Shown piece after piece: positions 42,239 through 53,691 of a stretch of DNA of 64,000 bases. The notes under the pieces were generated by a model. The model was not told the DNA's origin, ran no database searches, and saw nothing but the letters and a program-made list of their open reading frames with translations. The stretch is taken from NCBI GenBank assembly GCA_963829525.1, contig CAWHIJ010000003.1, positions 832,001 through 896,000 of the forward strand, given 5' to 3'. The DNA comes from an uncultured Actinomycetota bacterium (GTDB taxonomy: Bacteria; Actinomycetota; Actinomycetes; JAHEKZ01). The translations under genes and the position numbers were made by a program. Position 1 is the first letter of the stretch. Each line of letters begins with the position of its first letter.

Positions 42239-42268
42239 TCGACGAGGTCCTTTGCGGCGGGTGCGAAT

Positions 42269-43096
42269 CTAGAAGGAATGTGCAGGTCGGTGATGCGTGC
42301 CGGAGGCGAGCAGGCGTAGATGTAGAAGTCGGCGAGCACGACGGTGCACAGCGAGATCCAGGCGAACTTCATGTGGTGCGGCGTTGAGCCGGCAGACGAG
42401 GGTCCACATCCTGTAGCGGACCGGGTGCTTGGAGAAGTGCTTGAGCCGGCCGCCGACGGTGTTGCGGCAGGAGTGGCAGGACAGCGTGTAGAGCCACAGC
42501 AGCGTCGCGTTGGCCATCAGGATCACGGTGCCGAGGCCGATGTAGCCCCACTCGCCGTCGGGCTTGCGGAAGGCCAGCGACCGCGTCGAGGTGAGGATCA
42601 CGTTGAGGAGCAGCGCCGAGGTAGAAGAAGTAGCGGTGCAGGTTCTGCAGGATCAGCGGGAGCGGGTCTCGCCGGTGTACTTGCGCGTGCGGCTCGGCCA
42701 CGGCGCAGGCCGGCGGCGACAGCCAGAACGACCGGTAGTAGGCCTTGCGGTAGTAGTAGCAGGTCAACCGGAACGCCAGCGGGAATACCAGCGATCAGCA
42801 GCGCCGGTGAGAGCGGATACCAGTCACCGACCAGACGGCCGAAGTCATCGGAGCCTTCGACGCAGTTGCTCGACACGCACGGCGAGTAGAACGGGCGAGA
42901 GGTAGGGCGAGGCGTAGTAGTACGCGTTCTCAAACGCCCGCCAGGTGGCGTAGACGACGAAGCTGAAGAGCACCGCCAGCGTGATGGCCGGCTGGACCCA
43001 CCAGCGGTCGGTGCGGAGGGTGCGCAGGGAGATGCGCGCACGGCCGGGCGCTCCGGTACCTGCTGAGAGCGGTCCGGAGGGAGCGGTTTGGGTCAT
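42269..43096 (-). CDS. Sdh1-type membrane anchor (Rv0249c-like); frameshifted
   Basis: RTLRTDRWW, PFYSPC, TCYYYRKAYYRSFWLSPPACAVAEPH, QNLHRYF and YTLSCHSCRN. Confidence 0.8.
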
Positions 43097-43139
43097 GGAT
43101 TCTCCGAGGTCGGGCGGCCGGGATCTGGCGGTCGGTGGG

Positions 43140-43394
43140 TCACTCTCGGTCGGCGTCGCTCCAGAACTCGGGTGGATAGTCGTGGTCGGGGATCATGATC
43201 GGCTCGCCGGCGCCAGGCTCTGCAGCATCTGGGCCGGCCAGGATGTCGAGGTCCTCGCTGATCCGTTGGGCATCCGCCAGCAGCCGCCGCATGTCGATAC
43301 TGTCGCCGTGCTCTGACTTCAGATGCTCGACCGCGCGGACGAGGTCGCGGGCCGCTCGTCTGGCAGCGCTGACGTCCTGGGACGGGATGCTCAT
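43140..43394 (-). CDS. Small protein at the head of the Sdh1 operon (Rv0250c-like)
   Basis: HGDSIDMRRL..DA.R and IPDHDYPPEFWSDAD. Confidence 0.65.
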   Translation of the reverse strand: MSIPSQDVSAARRAARDLVRAVEHLKSEHGDSIDMRRLLADAQRISEDLDILAGPDAAEPGAGEPIMIPDHDYPPEFWSDADRE

Positions 43395-43438
43395 GCTCGC
43401 TGCCTCCACCTCTGCTGGGTCACTAGCCCTTGGACGGG

Positions 43439-43454
43439 CGTGACGTCAGTCATA
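43439..43454. promoter_or_regulatory. CRP/GlxR-like binding site upstream of the sdh operon
   Basis: CGTGA-cgtcag-TCATA is an 8/10 match to TGTGA-N6-TCACA. Confidence 0.45.
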
Positions 43455-43526
43455 TTGACGCTCGCAGTCTGTCCGACCCTGGCCCACGGCGCCAGCATCT
43501 CGGGCGATCTGGTGTTGGGTGTGGTC

Positions 43527-44384
43527 ATGACTGACACGTTGGTGATCTTCGCCTCAGGTGGTACGACCGGTCGTGGGCAGGTCGTACGCACCGTGCCCCT
43601 GTCCGCGGGAGGGCCCCTCGTTGTCGTCGACACCACGCCCTTCCATCCGGTCGACCACGCCTGGCCGGACCAGCCAGGCGATAAGGGCTGGATCGATGAT
43701 CAGGTCGTGATCGACTCCGTGATGGTCGCCAGCGGTCCCGGTGGTGACCTGCTGGTCGCGGCCGACATCCCGGTCAAGCGGGGGGAGCCAGGGTGGAGCT
43801 GGCATGTGGCCCACCGGCTTGCCGAGAACGCCACCCTTCCCGAGGTAGGGACCCAGGTGCAGCTCGCCGTCGACGCCGAACGCCGCAGAGCCCTTTCTGC
43901 TGCACACACCGCCTGCCATCTGGCTGCACTCGCCATGAATGGGGCGGCAGCCCACCTGTGGCGCAAGGAGGTGCGCTTGGACAGCCTTGGCAACCCCGAT
44001 CTCGACCAGCTGGCCATGGATTCCTCGGTCATGGACGAGGATGGATCGACCGACATCTACCGATTCGGCAAGAGCCTGAGGAAGCGCGGGTTCGACTCCG
44101 CCGGGTTCGCCGACCAGATTGAAGCGATCGTGGCTGGGGTCCGCGCCCGGCTCGAGACGTGGATTGCCACGCGTGCACAGGTGGTGATCATCGATGGCGG
44201 CGACCAGCGGGTGACGGCCCTGAGGCACTGGACGTGTGCCCTTCCCGAGGGTCTGGCCGACATCGCCTGCGGCGGAACACATGTGTCTGACCTGGGGGCC
44301 TTCAGCGCTGTACGGGTGGCCTACGAGCTGGCGGCAGACGGGACCGGCCTCACCGTCCGAACCACGCCAAGTCTGGCCGCGTAG
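43527..44384 (+). CDS. AlaX-like (alanyl-tRNA editing domain) Zn hydrolase
   Basis: DTTPFHP..WPDQPGDKG, RRALSAAHTACH (HxxxH) and CGGTHV (CxxxH). Confidence 0.7.
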   Translation: MTDTLVIFASGGTTGRGQVVRTVPLSAGGPLVVVDTTPFHPVDHAWPDQPGDKGWIDDQVVIDSVMVASGPGGDLLVAADIPVKRGEPGWSWHVAHRLAENATLPEVGTQVQLAVDAERRRALSAAHTACHLAALAMNGAAAHLWRKEVRLDSLGNPDLDQLAMDSSVMDEDGSTDIYRFGKSLRKRGFDSAGFADQIEAIVAGVRARLETWIATRAQVVIIDGGDQRVTALRHWTCALPEGLADIACGGTHVSDLGAFSAVRVAYELAADGTGLTVRTTPSLAA

Positions 44385-44444
44385 ACTGACCATTGTCGCC
44401 GGTCGGCGATCGATTCCCTGTCTTGAGAGTGAGCCAGCACGCCC

Positions 44445-46337
44445 ATGGCGTCTTCAGCCTCATCCATCGCCCACAAACTCGTCCAGCGCGGCGACCTGCG
44501 CAACGTTGCCATCGTGGCCCATGTCGACCACGGAAAGACCACGTTGGTCGACGCCATGCTGTGGCAGTCCGGGGCCTTCCGGGAGCACGCCGACATCGCC
44601 GATCGCGTCATGGACTCGATGGACCTGGAGCGTGAAAAGGGGATCACGATTCTGGCCAAGAACACCGCGGTGCGCCATCACATGGATGACGGCCAGGACG
44701 TGACGCTCAACATCATCGACACCCCGGGTCACGCCGACTTCGGCGGAGAGGTGGAGCGGGGCCTTGAGATGGTCGATGGCGTCCTGCTGTTGGTCGACGC
44801 GAGTGAGGGCCCGCTGCCGCAGACGAGGTTCGTCCTGCGCAAGGCGCTCCAGAAGCGACTACCTGTCGTCCTCGTCGTGAACAAGGTGGACCGACCGGAT
44901 GCTCGGATCAGTGAGGTTGTTGACGAGACGTACGAGCTCTTCCTCGACCTCGACGCCGACGAGGAGCAGATCGAGTTCCCGATCGTCTATGCGTCCGCCA
45001 AGAATGGTCGTGCCTCGATGAACAAGCCTGCTGACGGCGGTCTCCCAGACAGTGAAAACCTTGAGCCCCTCTTCACGACGATCGTCGAGACGATCCCGGC
45101 GCCGACCTACGACCCAGAGATGCCGTTGCAGGCTCACGTCACCAACCTCGACGCCTCCCCGTACCTCGGGCGTCTTGCACTCTGTCGCGTCCACAACGGG
45201 ACCATCACGAAGGGCCAGTCGGTGGCGTGGTGCCGGGCCGACGGCACAATCGAACGCGTCAAGGTCACCGAGCTGCTGATCACCCAGGCACTCGACCGTG
45301 TTCCGGCAGATTCGGCTTCACCGGGCGACATCATTGCGGTGGCTGGCATCCCCGAAATCACCATCGGCGAGACGCTTGCCGATGCCGAAGACCCCCGTCC
45401 ACTGCCGGTCATCACCGTCGATGAACCGTCGATCTCGATGACGATCGGGATCAACACTGCGCCGTTGTCAGGGCAGAGCGGCAAGAAGCTCACTGCCCGC
45501 ATGGTGAAGACCCGCCTTGAGGCCGAGCTCATCGGAAACGTGTCGATCCGCGTGGCCGAGACCGAGCGTCCCGATACGTGGGAGGTGCAGGGACGGGGTG
45601 AGCTGCAGCTTGCGGTGTTGGTTGAAATGATGCGACGCGAGGGGTTTGAGCTCACTGTCGGCAAGCCGCAGGTTGTCACGCGCGAGGTAGACGGCAAAGT
45701 GCACGAGCCCGTCGAGCGACTGACCGTTGACATCCCCGAGGACTACCTCGGCGTCGTCACCCAGCTCATGGCGCTCCGGAAGGGGCGGATGGAGCAGATG
45801 GTCAACCATGGAACCGGCTGGGTGCGCATGGAGTACCTGGTCCCGGCGCGCGGAATGATCGGATTCCGTACCGAGTTCCTGACCGAGACCCGCGGCACCG
45901 GCCTTCTGCACCACGTCTTTGAGCGCTACGAACCCTGGCATGGTGAGCTGCGGACCCGTCCGACCGGCTCGCTGGTTGCTGACCGCAGAGGTGACACTAC
46001 TGGCTTTGCGTTGGCGAACCTGCAGGAGCGCGGAACGATGTTTGTCGGCCCAGGCACCGAGGTCTATGAGGGCATGATCGTTGGCGAGAACTCGAGGTCG
46101 GACGACATGGACGTCAATCCGACCAAGGAGAAGAAACTCACGAACATGCGTCAGTCGTCCGGTGACATCCTGATTCCGCTCATTCCGCACAAGCAGCTCT
46201 CGATGGAGCAGGCGCTGGAGTTCTGTCGCGAGGATGAGTGCGTGGAGGTGACGCCGGCGACGGTCCGGCTGCGCAAGGTCGTTCTCGACCAGAACGAACG
46301 TGGTCGCACGAGGGCGCGATCCAAGCGTCAGACCTGA
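44445..46337 (+). CDS. typA: Translational GTPase TypA/BipA
   Basis: [43 protein letters not shown] and KKLTNMR. Confidence 0.97.
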   Translation: MASSASSIAHKLVQRGDLRNVAIVAHVDHGKTTLVDAMLWQSGAFREHADIADRVMDSMDLEREKGITILAKNTAVRHHMDDGQDVTLNIIDTPGHADFGGEVERGLEMVDGVLLLVDASEGPLPQTRFVLRKALQKRLPVVLVVNKVDRPDARISEVVDETYELFLDLDADEEQIEFPIVYASAKNGRASMNKPADGGLPDSENLEPLFTTIVETIPAPTYDPEMPLQAHVTNLDASPYLGRLALCRVHNGTITKGQSVAWCRADGTIERVKVTELLITQALDRVPADSASPGDIIAVAGIPEITIGETLADAEDPRPLPVITVDEPSISMTIGINTAPLSGQSGKKLTARMVKTRLEAELIGNVSIRVAETERPDTWEVQGRGELQLAVLVEMMRREGFELTVGKPQVVTREVDGKVHEPVERLTVDIPEDYLGVVTQLMALRKGRMEQMVNHGTGWVRMEYLVPARGMIGFRTEFLTETRGTGLLHHVFERYEPWHGELRTRPTGSLVADRRGDTTGFALANLQERGTMFVGPGTEVYEGMIVGENSRSDDMDVNPTKEKKLTNMRQSSGDILIPLIPHKQLSMEQALEFCREDECVEVTPATVRLRKVVLDQNERGRTRARSKRQT

Positions 46338-48421
46338 ACGATCCCGAGTGACCGCCTCAGGAAATGGACCTGCATCGTTAACAGGTTCTCGGCCACGTCC
46401 TCCTGGGTTGCCATGTGGGTGATCCCGGTCAGAGGCAGCACCTCATGTGGACGTCCATGCTCGGTCAGCACTTGAGAGAGCTGAAGTGAGTGGGCCACGA
46501 ACACGTTGTCGTCGGCCAGCCCGTGGATCAGTTGAAGGGGGCGGGTGAGCCCTGGTGCCCGCCCGAGGAGCGAGCTGCGTAGATAGGCGGCGTCATCGTC
46601 GTCGCGTGGCACTCCGAGATAGCGCTCGGTGTAGCCGGTGTCGTAGAGCTTCCAGTCGGTGACCGGGGCGCCGGCAATCGCCGCGTGGAAGACATCGGGT
46701 CGATCGATGACGGCGAGCGCTGCTAGATACCCCCCGAATGACCATCCCCGAATGGCGACCTTGTCGAGGTCCAGCTCTGGGAAGGCGTGTGCAACAGCGT
46801 GCAGGCCGACGATCTGGTCCTCGAGGACGGGTCCGGCAAAGTCACCTCGGACTGCGCGTTCCCACGACGGGGCACCTGGTGTCCCACGACCGTCGACGAC
46901 CACGACGGCGAACCCCTGGTCAGCGAACCACTGCGACTCGCGGAAAGCACCTTGATGATGAGCAACGCTGGCGTGGTGCGGGCCGCCATAGGGGTCCATC
47001 AGGACCGGGAGTGATCCCTTGTCTGGCTCCCAGTCCGTCGGGAGCAGCAGCGCGATACGTGGCCGTTCGTTGTCGCCGCGAATGAGGGTGACCTGGGGTT
47101 CGATGATCGGGCGGTCGGCATAGGAGACAACTTCATGATTCACAGTCGCCGTCGAGATCGTCGAGACCGGCAGCGCGCGATCAAGGGTTGCCGAGACGAG
47201 GACGTGGGTCGACCCGCCTTGGGCTGCGGTGTGCCAACCATCGGCCGGGCTGAGAGGTTTCGCCTCGTCGTCGGCTAGAGCCCAGACTTGCTGGTCACCC
47301 GCGTCGGTGGAGGCCAGGACGGTGATCTGGTGATTCCCGATTCCGATGACCGCTCGAACCTGCAGGCCGGGAGGTGACAGCCGCTGACCGTCTGCGCACA
47401 ATGCGTAGTCGTCGTCGCGAACCTCGACCGTCAGCAACCGGCCGCTTTCGTCCCAGCAGCCGGTGCCGGGCACGACATCCACCCAAGCGTCATCGGTGAC
47501 GGACCGGATGTGCTCAGTTGCACCGGTTTCGGGGTCGATGGTCCACCAGCTGATGGTCTGCTGGGCGCGGTCGAGGATGCCGGCAACTGGGGCACCGCGC
47601 TCTGACCAGGACGCGGTGGCCAGATACTCCGTGCTCTCTGGCAGGTCGACCCGTGCGGCGCTGCCGCCGAGGTCGAGGACCCACAGACCCACGTCGGCAT
47701 TCGCGGTTCCGGCAGCGGGGTATCGGTGGGGCAGCGGTTCTGAGGCGGGGGTTGCGGGGTTGCTGACGAACCAGGTGCTTACCGGGCCTTCGTCGGTGCG
47801 CTGCGCCAAGAGTCGATCGCCGTCAGGAGACCACCAGAATCCCCGTGCCCGGTCGAACTCCTCTGCGGCAACGAAGTCGGCCAGCCCCCAGGTAACAGTT
47901 TCGGAGTGCTCCGCAGGTGAAACCGTCTGCGGTTTGCCCCCATCGATCGAGACGACGTGTAAGCGACCAGCAGCGGCGTAGGCGACCCGTTGGCCGGTGG
48001 GGTCGATTCTCGGATCGATGACGGCCCCGTCCACCGGGATCTCACTGATCAATGAGCCATCAACCTCGGTGACGAAAAGGCGGCCTGACAGCGTGAATGC
48101 AACACGCACGAAGGCAGCGTCAACGGTGTAGCCGACGATCCCACCGGCTGGCTCTCTCGCGCGCTCGCGTCTGGCGCGCTCCTCAGCACTCAGATCCTCG
48201 TGGGCTCCGGAGAGAAGGTCGGCTGGGTCAACGAGCTGCACCTCGCCGGCTGCTTCGGTCCACCGCCAGAGGCCCCCTACTCGGTCCGTGGCCGAAGCCG
48301 AGCGCACGAAGAGCACGGTGCCGCCATCGTCGGAGACGCTGAACGAGCGAGGGCGCCCAAGGCTGAAGCGAAGCGTTCGGGCGTTCTGTCTGGGGAAGGT
48401 ATCGGGGAGATCGGTGGTCAT
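46328..48421 (-). CDS. S9 family (dipeptidyl peptidase IV-like) peptidase
   Basis: [34 protein letters not shown] (catalytic Ser), ADDNV and ITHM. Confidence 0.92.
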   Translation of the reverse strand: MTTDLPDTFPRQNARTLRFSLGRPRSFSVSDDGGTVLFVRSASATDRVGGLWRWTEAAGEVQLVDPADLLSGAHEDLSAEERARRERAREPAGGIVGYTVDAAFVRVAFTLSGRLFVTEVDGSLISEIPVDGAVIDPRIDPTGQRVAYAAAGRLHVVSIDGGKPQTVSPAEHSETVTWGLADFVAAEEFDRARGFWWSPDGDRLLAQRTDEGPVSTWFVSNPATPASEPLPHRYPAAGTANADVGLWVLDLGGSAARVDLPESTEYLATASWSERGAPVAGILDRAQQTISWWTIDPETGATEHIRSVTDDAWVDVVPGTGCWDESGRLLTVEVRDDDYALCADGQRLSPPGLQVRAVIGIGNHQITVLASTDAGDQQVWALADDEAKPLSPADGWHTAAQGGSTHVLVSATLDRALPVSTISTATVNHEVVSYADRPIIEPQVTLIRGDNERPRIALLLPTDWEPDKGSLPVLMDPYGGPHHASVAHHQGAFRESQWFADQGFAVVVVDGRGTPGAPSWERAVRGDFAGPVLEDQIVGLHAVAHAFPELDLDKVAIRGWSFGGYLAALAVIDRPDVFHAAIAGAPVTDWKLYDTGYTERYLGVPRDDDDAAYLRSSLLGRAPGLTRPLQLIHGLADDNVFVAHSLQLSQVLTEHGRPHEVLPLTGITHMATQEDVAENLLTMQVHFLRRSLGIVQV

Positions 48422-48467
48422 TCCCCCATCATTTCGCAGAGGACGCATCGGCCTTAGGCTCAGGGGC

Positions 48468-49356
48468 ATGTCGCTCAGTGATCGACGGCTTCTGCTCGTA
48501 CACGCCCACCCCGACGACGAGACGATCGGCTCGGGGGTGACTATGGCCAAGTACGTCGCCGAGGGTGTCCACGTCACCCTGGTCACCTGCACGCTGGGTG
48601 AAGAGGGCGAGGTTCTCGTTCCTGAGCTCGGACATCTGGCCGCTCACGACCAAGATGACTTAGGAGCCCACCGACGCGTAGAGCTCGCGGCAGCTCTGGC
48701 GCTGCTTGGTGTGAGCGACCACGAGTACCTCGGCGGTGCAGGGCGCTACCGCGACTCCGGGATGATGGGCACCCCACCGAACGATCGGGATGAGTGTTTC
48801 TGGCGCGCGGACCTCCTGGAGGCGGCCAGTCACCTCGTCGCCACTGTCCGACGGGTCAGGCCGCAGGTGGTGGTGACCTATGACGACTTCGGGCAGTACG
48901 GGCACCCGGACCACATTCAGGCCCATCGAGTCACCAGCTATGCACTGATACTGGCGGCGGCTCCGTCGTTTCGTCCGGATCTGGGTGAGCCGTGGGAGGT
49001 GACGAAGCTCTACTGGACCGCGTTGCCCAAGGCGGCCGTGAAACGAGGTATCGACGCCTTTGTGGCGGCCGGTGGTCAGGGCTTCTTCGGCCTCGCCGAG
49101 GGCGAGGACCTTCCGTGGGCGCTCGACGATGCTCTGGTCACTACCCAGATCAAGGCACTCGACCAAGAGCCGCACAAGATGGCAGCCCTGCGGGCGCACC
49201 TGTCGCAGGTCGGGGTCGAGAACGACTTCTTCCGCCTCTCGGAAGTCGCCGGGCCCGAGGCCATGGGAATCGAGTACTTCCGGTTGGTTCGCGGTCAGCG
49301 CGGACCTGATGGGGCCGACGGGCCTTGAGGACGACCTCTTCGCGGGCATCGTCTGA
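48468..49356 (+). CDS. mshB: GlcNAc-Ins deacetylase MshB; single-base frameshift near 49321
   Basis: LLLVHAHPDDET, TLGEEGE, YRDSGMMG and YGHPDHIQAH; the terminal LEDDLFAGIV is in the adjacent frame. Confidence 0.9.
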
Positions 49357-49499
49357 TCCAGAGCGAATGTCGGGTGGTAGTACGCCGACTGGGTGACGGT
49401 TCGCGCCTCCCACTGTCGGCCATTGCCCCTGTGGGGGAGAGTGGCCACATCGTGACGCTCGGTAGTCCGGGCACCCATGGTTGGCCAGAAGGAGGCGGC

Positions 49500-51446
49500 G
49501 TGCCCGATACAGAGCGTGATGGCACCGAGGTCGTCACTGCGACCAGCACGGCACTGTCGAGCACTTCGGTGCTTCGTGCCGGCGATGCCGATGTCGGCCA
49601 GTCCCGCGAGACCAAGCGTCGCCGTCGTCTAAGGGTGATGGCGTTGTGGCTCGGTGTCCCCGCGCTCTTCCTCTGGTATCGGATCGCCATCGGGCAACCC
49701 GTGGAGTGGGGGCTCCCTGCAATCGACCCATACATGCTGGCGCCGGTCATCTTCTTCGTTGCTCTTCTACTGATCATCGTCGGGACTACCGTGGGCGCTG
49801 GGCGCTCCCCGCACGTCATGTACCGACCAGAGCAGATCACGACCACGCTTGACGACGTCAAGGGCATCGACCCGGTCAAGGATGAGGTCATCCGGTCGCT
49901 CAACCTCTTCCTGGCGCACAAGGCGTTTGCCAATGACATGGGAGGAACTCCGCGCCGAGGCATTCTCTTTGAGGGTTCTCCTGGCACAGGTAAGACCTAC
50001 CTGGCCAAGGCAATGGCCCGCGAAGCCGGTGTGCCGTTCCTCTTCGTGTCAGCCACCTCCTTCCAGTCGATGTACTACGGCGCGACCGCGCGCAAGATCC
50101 GCTCGTACTTCAAGCAGCTCCGCAAAGTGGCGCGGGCCGAAGGTGGCGCCATCGGGTTCATCGAGGAGATCGATGCCATCGCGATGTCGCGAGGCGGGCT
50201 GTCCGCGACAGCCATGCCACAGTCGCTTGCCTCGCTCGGCGTCCACGCTTGCGGCGGGATGACGTCGCTGCCCTCCGGCTACGGATCCCCGGCCGGGCTG
50301 GTCACCAGTCCCTCGATCACCAGTGAGGGTGTCGGGGGTGTCGTCAACGAGCTCCTTGTACAAATGCAGTCGTTCGATGAGCCGACCGGGCTCCAGAAGC
50401 TGCGCACAAAGTTCGTCGATCTTGCCAACCTCTATCTTCCGGCGCACCGCCAGCTTCGGCGTCCGGAGCCCCCTTCGACGAACCTGCTGCTTATCGCGGC
50501 GACAAACCGCGCAGACAACCTCGACCCGGCGCTGCTCAGGCCAGGCCGATTCGACCGTCGTCTCACCTTCGAGCTGCCCGCCAAGTCCGGGCGACGCGAG
50601 ATCATCGACCATTACCTCGGCTTGAAGTCGCACGGCCCAGAGCTCGACGTCGAGGACCGGCGTGACTCGCTCGCCGCTGCCACCCAGGGCTATACCCCGG
50701 TCATGATCGAGCACCTGCTCGACGAGGCGCTCGTCAACGCCGTCCGCCGCGGCGACTCGCAGATGTCTTGGCAGGACGTCGAGCGTGCGCGCCTGGTCGA
50801 GGAGGTGGGCATGGGACAACCTGTGTCGTACACCGTGCACGAGCGCAAGCTCATCTCGACGCACGAGGCGGGTCACGCAACGGCCGCTTTCCTGGTGGCT
50901 CCGGAGCGACGCCTTGAGGTACTCACGATCATCAAGCGCAGGTCCGCGCTGGGCATGCTGGCGCACGGGGATGCCGAGGAGGTCTACACGCGCTCACGCA
51001 CCGAGATGCTGGCGTTGATCCAGATTGCGCTCGGAGGTCAGTGTGCTGAGGAAATCTTCTTCGGCGACGTCTCGACAGGTCCAGGCGGGGACCTCCTTTA
51101 CGCGACCAATGTGGCGGCCGAGATGGTCGGGTCCTGCGGCATGCTCGACTCGCTGATCTCGTTTGCGGCAGTTCAGAACAGCGCGCTCAACGACAGCAAC
51201 ATCGTCGGACGGGTCCTGGCCGACCCCTCGGGCCGAGCTGCTGTCGAGGACCTGCTGCAGAGCCAGAAGGTCATCGTGAAGGCGCTTCTCGAAGAGAATG
51301 CCCACCTGATTGAGGCGCTGCGCGATGCTCTCCTCGAGCGAGAAGAGCTGATCGGGCGCGAGATCAACGATGTGCTTGCCGAGGCCCAGAAGGAGCAGGT
51401 CATCGACCTGCGCGCCACCGAAGAGCGGGAGCCGAGTCGCCCCTGA
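49500..51446 (+). CDS. Divergent FtsH-like membrane AAA+ ATPase/M41 metalloprotease
   Basis: Two N-terminal TM segments, GSPGTGKT, FIEEIDA, AATNR..LDPALLRPGRFDR and HEAGH; RBS AAGGAGG. Confidence 0.85.
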   Translation: MPDTERDGTEVVTATSTALSSTSVLRAGDADVGQSRETKRRRRLRVMALWLGVPALFLWYRIAIGQPVEWGLPAIDPYMLAPVIFFVALLLIIVGTTVGAGRSPHVMYRPEQITTTLDDVKGIDPVKDEVIRSLNLFLAHKAFANDMGGTPRRGILFEGSPGTGKTYLAKAMAREAGVPFLFVSATSFQSMYYGATARKIRSYFKQLRKVARAEGGAIGFIEEIDAIAMSRGGLSATAMPQSLASLGVHACGGMTSLPSGYGSPAGLVTSPSITSEGVGGVVNELLVQMQSFDEPTGLQKLRTKFVDLANLYLPAHRQLRRPEPPSTNLLLIAATNRADNLDPALLRPGRFDRRLTFELPAKSGRREIIDHYLGLKSHGPELDVEDRRDSLAAATQGYTPVMIEHLLDEALVNAVRRGDSQMSWQDVERARLVEEVGMGQPVSYTVHERKLISTHEAGHATAAFLVAPERRLEVLTIIKRRSALGMLAHGDAEEVYTRSRTEMLALIQIALGGQCAEEIFFGDVSTGPGGDLLYATNVAAEMVGSCGMLDSLISFAAVQNSALNDSNIVGRVLADPSGRAAVEDLLQSQKVIVKALLEENAHLIEALRDALLEREELIGREINDVLAEAQKEQVIDLRATEEREPSRP

Positions 51447-51453
51447 CCAGCCC

Positions 51454-51508
51454 GTTTCGACCGGGTTTCGACGGGGGGGTCTACAGGTCATCACCCGGTT
51501 GGCCGATG
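51454..51508 (+). promoter_or_regulatory. Putative sigma28/WhiG-type promoter of the che cluster with an upstream direct repeat
   Basis: CTACAGG-N14-GCCGATG at 51481-51508; GTTTCGAC repeated at 51454 and 51465. Confidence 0.55.
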
Positions 51509-51516
51509 GTCTGTCC

Positions 51517-52026
51517 GTGGAGTCACTGACCAGCCCTGCCGATGTGCCCGGAACCGCTGCTGACGATGACGTGGCGCCGATCGGTGGAGTCATCTTGCGC
51601 TTTGCCGGTGCCCGCTACGCGGTCGACATGGCGAGTGTGGCTGAGGTAGTGCCTGTTCCGGTGATGACCCGTATCCCTGGTGGACCGGCTTGGCTCTCGG
51701 GGGTGGTCAATTGGCGTGGACGAGTCCTGCCGGTGATTGACCTCCGACCCTTGGTGGGCGCTGCTCTCTCACCGCTCCCCACCAGCGCGCGTCTGGTCGT
51801 TCTTTCCGAAGGTGACGTCGAGGTCGGTGTTGTCGCGGACATGGTTCCTGGTCTTCTTGACTGCGACCCACGCGACCTCGAACCGATCCCTGGCACGATC
51901 GCAACCGGCATTGCCCCGCTCGTCCGGGGAGTCGTCGATGTTGACGGACCCGTTGCTCTGCTGTCCACCGAGGCTGTTCTGCGTCTCCGTGAACAGCTTC
52001 CCGCTGCGCGTCGTGCCGCCGGCTGA
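51517..52026 (+). CDS. cheW: CheW coupling protein
   Basis: YAVDMASVAEV, TRIPGGPAWLSGVVNWRGRVLPVIDLR. Confidence 0.9.
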   Translation: MESLTSPADVPGTAADDDVAPIGGVILRFAGARYAVDMASVAEVVPVPVMTRIPGGPAWLSGVVNWRGRVLPVIDLRPLVGAALSPLPTSARLVVLSEGDVEVGVVADMVPGLLDCDPRDLEPIPGTIATGIAPLVRGVVDVDGPVALLSTEAVLRLREQLPAARRAAG

Positions 52027-52059
52027 CTGATCCGCCCCAACCACTTGGAAGGAGGCGGG

Positions 52060-53691
52060 ATGTACACGCGCCGCAACAGCATCGAGTCGAGTGCGCAGCA
52101 CTGGTGTGTGCTGATTGCGGCCTTGGTGACTACCTGGATGGCCTGGGGGCCATCAGGGCAAGACATCATGACGACCGGCTCGATCGCCTTGATCGGGGCT
52201 CTCGCCTTCAACGCTCTCGCCGTGACACTTCTGGCGTCGCGTGCCGTCCGCAGGGAGCAGACACTCGCGGACACCATGCTCTGGGAGTCGGTCACCACTT
52301 ACGTCAGTCTGCTTCTCGTTTCCGGGCTGATCGCAGTGACAGGAGGTCTTGCGGCTCCGACGCTCTTTGTCGCATTCCTGTGGGCGCCGTATCTCGGTAT
52401 GTCCGTTGAGTTCGGCTACACCATTCGAGGCCTCGTCTTGCTTCTAGGTGGTGCGATTGGGGTGGCTGGCTGGTACTCCGAGACGTGGGCATCGGACTGG
52501 GAGATGGGAGCGTTGGTCGGTGCGGCGCTCCTATTCGTCGTTCTTGTCACGTACTTCTATGCATCTGATCTCTATGCGGAGCGCTTCACCGCTGAGCAGC
52601 TCGAAGCGGCAGTGAGCGAGCGAGTCGACCAGATTTCCCAGATCCTCGTACAGGCTGCCGACGGCGACCTCTCCGTAAACGTCTCTGACAACGGGTCAGG
52701 CATTGAGGCCACTACCAAAACCGAGGAGCTCGACAGGCTCGCCTTGGCCCTCGACCGGACGATTGGCTCGTTGCGGGGTTTGGTGTCTCGGGTGCGGGTG
52801 GGTGGGGAGCAGATTGGGGTGTCTGCTTCGCAGGTGTTGGTGGCTGCTCGGGAGCAGGCTGCTGCTGCGTCTGAGCAGTCGTCTGCTGTGGCGGAGACGT
52901 CGGCGACGATTGAGGAGTTGGCGGCGACGGCGGCTCAGATTGCTGAGACGGCTGAGCAGGTGGCGTTGTTTGCGTCGGAGACGTTGGGGTTTGCTGAGCA
53001 GGGTCGGGTGGCGGTGTCGGCGTCGGTGGCGTCGATGGATCAGATTTCTGTTCGGGTGGATCAGATTGCGTCGAGGGCGTTGGGGTTGGGGGAGAAGGGG
53101 CAGGAGATTGGTCGGATTTTGCAGGTGATTGATGAGTTGGCTGATCAGACGAATTTGTTGGCGTTGAATGCGGCGATTGAGGCTGCTCGTGCGGGTGAGC
53201 ATGGGCGTGGGTTTGCGGTGGTGGCTGCGGAGATTCGGAAGTTGGCGGAGCGGTCGCAGGAGTCTGCTGGTCAGATTCAGTCGATTGTGACGCAGATTCA
53301 GGCGGAGACGAACGCGACGATTTTGGCTTCTGAGGAGGGGTCGCGGGAGGTGCATCAGGGGTCTGCGTTGGCGCGGGATGTGGTGGGGGCGTTGGAGCGG
53401 ATTTCGGGGATGGTTGATGAGACGACGACTGCTGCGAAGGAGATCAGTATTGCGACGCAGCAGCAGCGTTCGGCGTCGGAGCAGGTGGTGTCGGCGATGG
53501 GTCAGGTTGCTGATGTGTCGCGGCAGTATGCGGTGGGGTCTAAGCAGGCGGCGGCTGCTGCTACCGAGCTGAACGTTCTCGCTGGTGACCTCCGCGCCTC
53601 CATCGCCCAATTCAAAACCACCGACGGGGCAACCCGGCGAACCCACGAAAGCACCCCAGAGACCGAACCGGCAACGGGAGACCTCCGGTGA
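52060..53691 (+). CDS. Methyl-accepting chemotaxis protein 1 (polytopic membrane sensor)
   Basis: About 6 TM segments, HAMP-like linker, [37 protein letters not shown]. Confidence 0.93.
   Translation: MYTRRNSIESSAQHWCVLIAALVTTWMAWGPSGQDIMTTGSIALIGALAFNALAVTLLASRAVRREQTLADTMLWESVTTYVSLLLVSGLIAVTGGLAAPTLFVAFLWAPYLGMSVEFGYTIRGLVLLLGGAIGVAGWYSETWASDWEMGALVGAALLFVVLVTYFYASDLYAERFTAEQLEAAVSERVDQISQILVQAADGDLSVNVSDNGSGIEATTKTEELDRLALALDRTIGSLRGLVSRVRVGGEQIGVSASQVLVAAREQAAAASEQSSAVAETSATIEELAATAAQIAETAEQVALFASETLGFAEQGRVAVSASVASMDQISVRVDQIASRALGLGEKGQEIGRILQVIDELADQTNLLALNAAIEAARAGEHGRGFAVVAAEIRKLAERSQESAGQIQSIVTQIQAETNATILASEEGSREVHQGSALARDVVGALERISGMVDETTTAAKEISIATQQQRSASEQVVSAMGQVADVSRQYAVGSKQAAAAATELNVLAGDLRASIAQFKTTDGATRRTHESTPETEPATGDLR
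52768..53671 (+). repeat. MCP signalling-domain repeat, copy 1 (G/T-skewed, then C/A-skewed)
   Basis: 52768-53619 matches 56018-56869 (offset 3250) and 52768-53671 matches 57835-58738 (offset 5067). One synonymous difference seen, at 53565. Confidence 0.92.

Noticed and set aside
8578-49356. Two similar HAHPDDE deacetylases as a recent duplication
   Set aside because: They are the standard mycothiol paralogues Mca and MshB.
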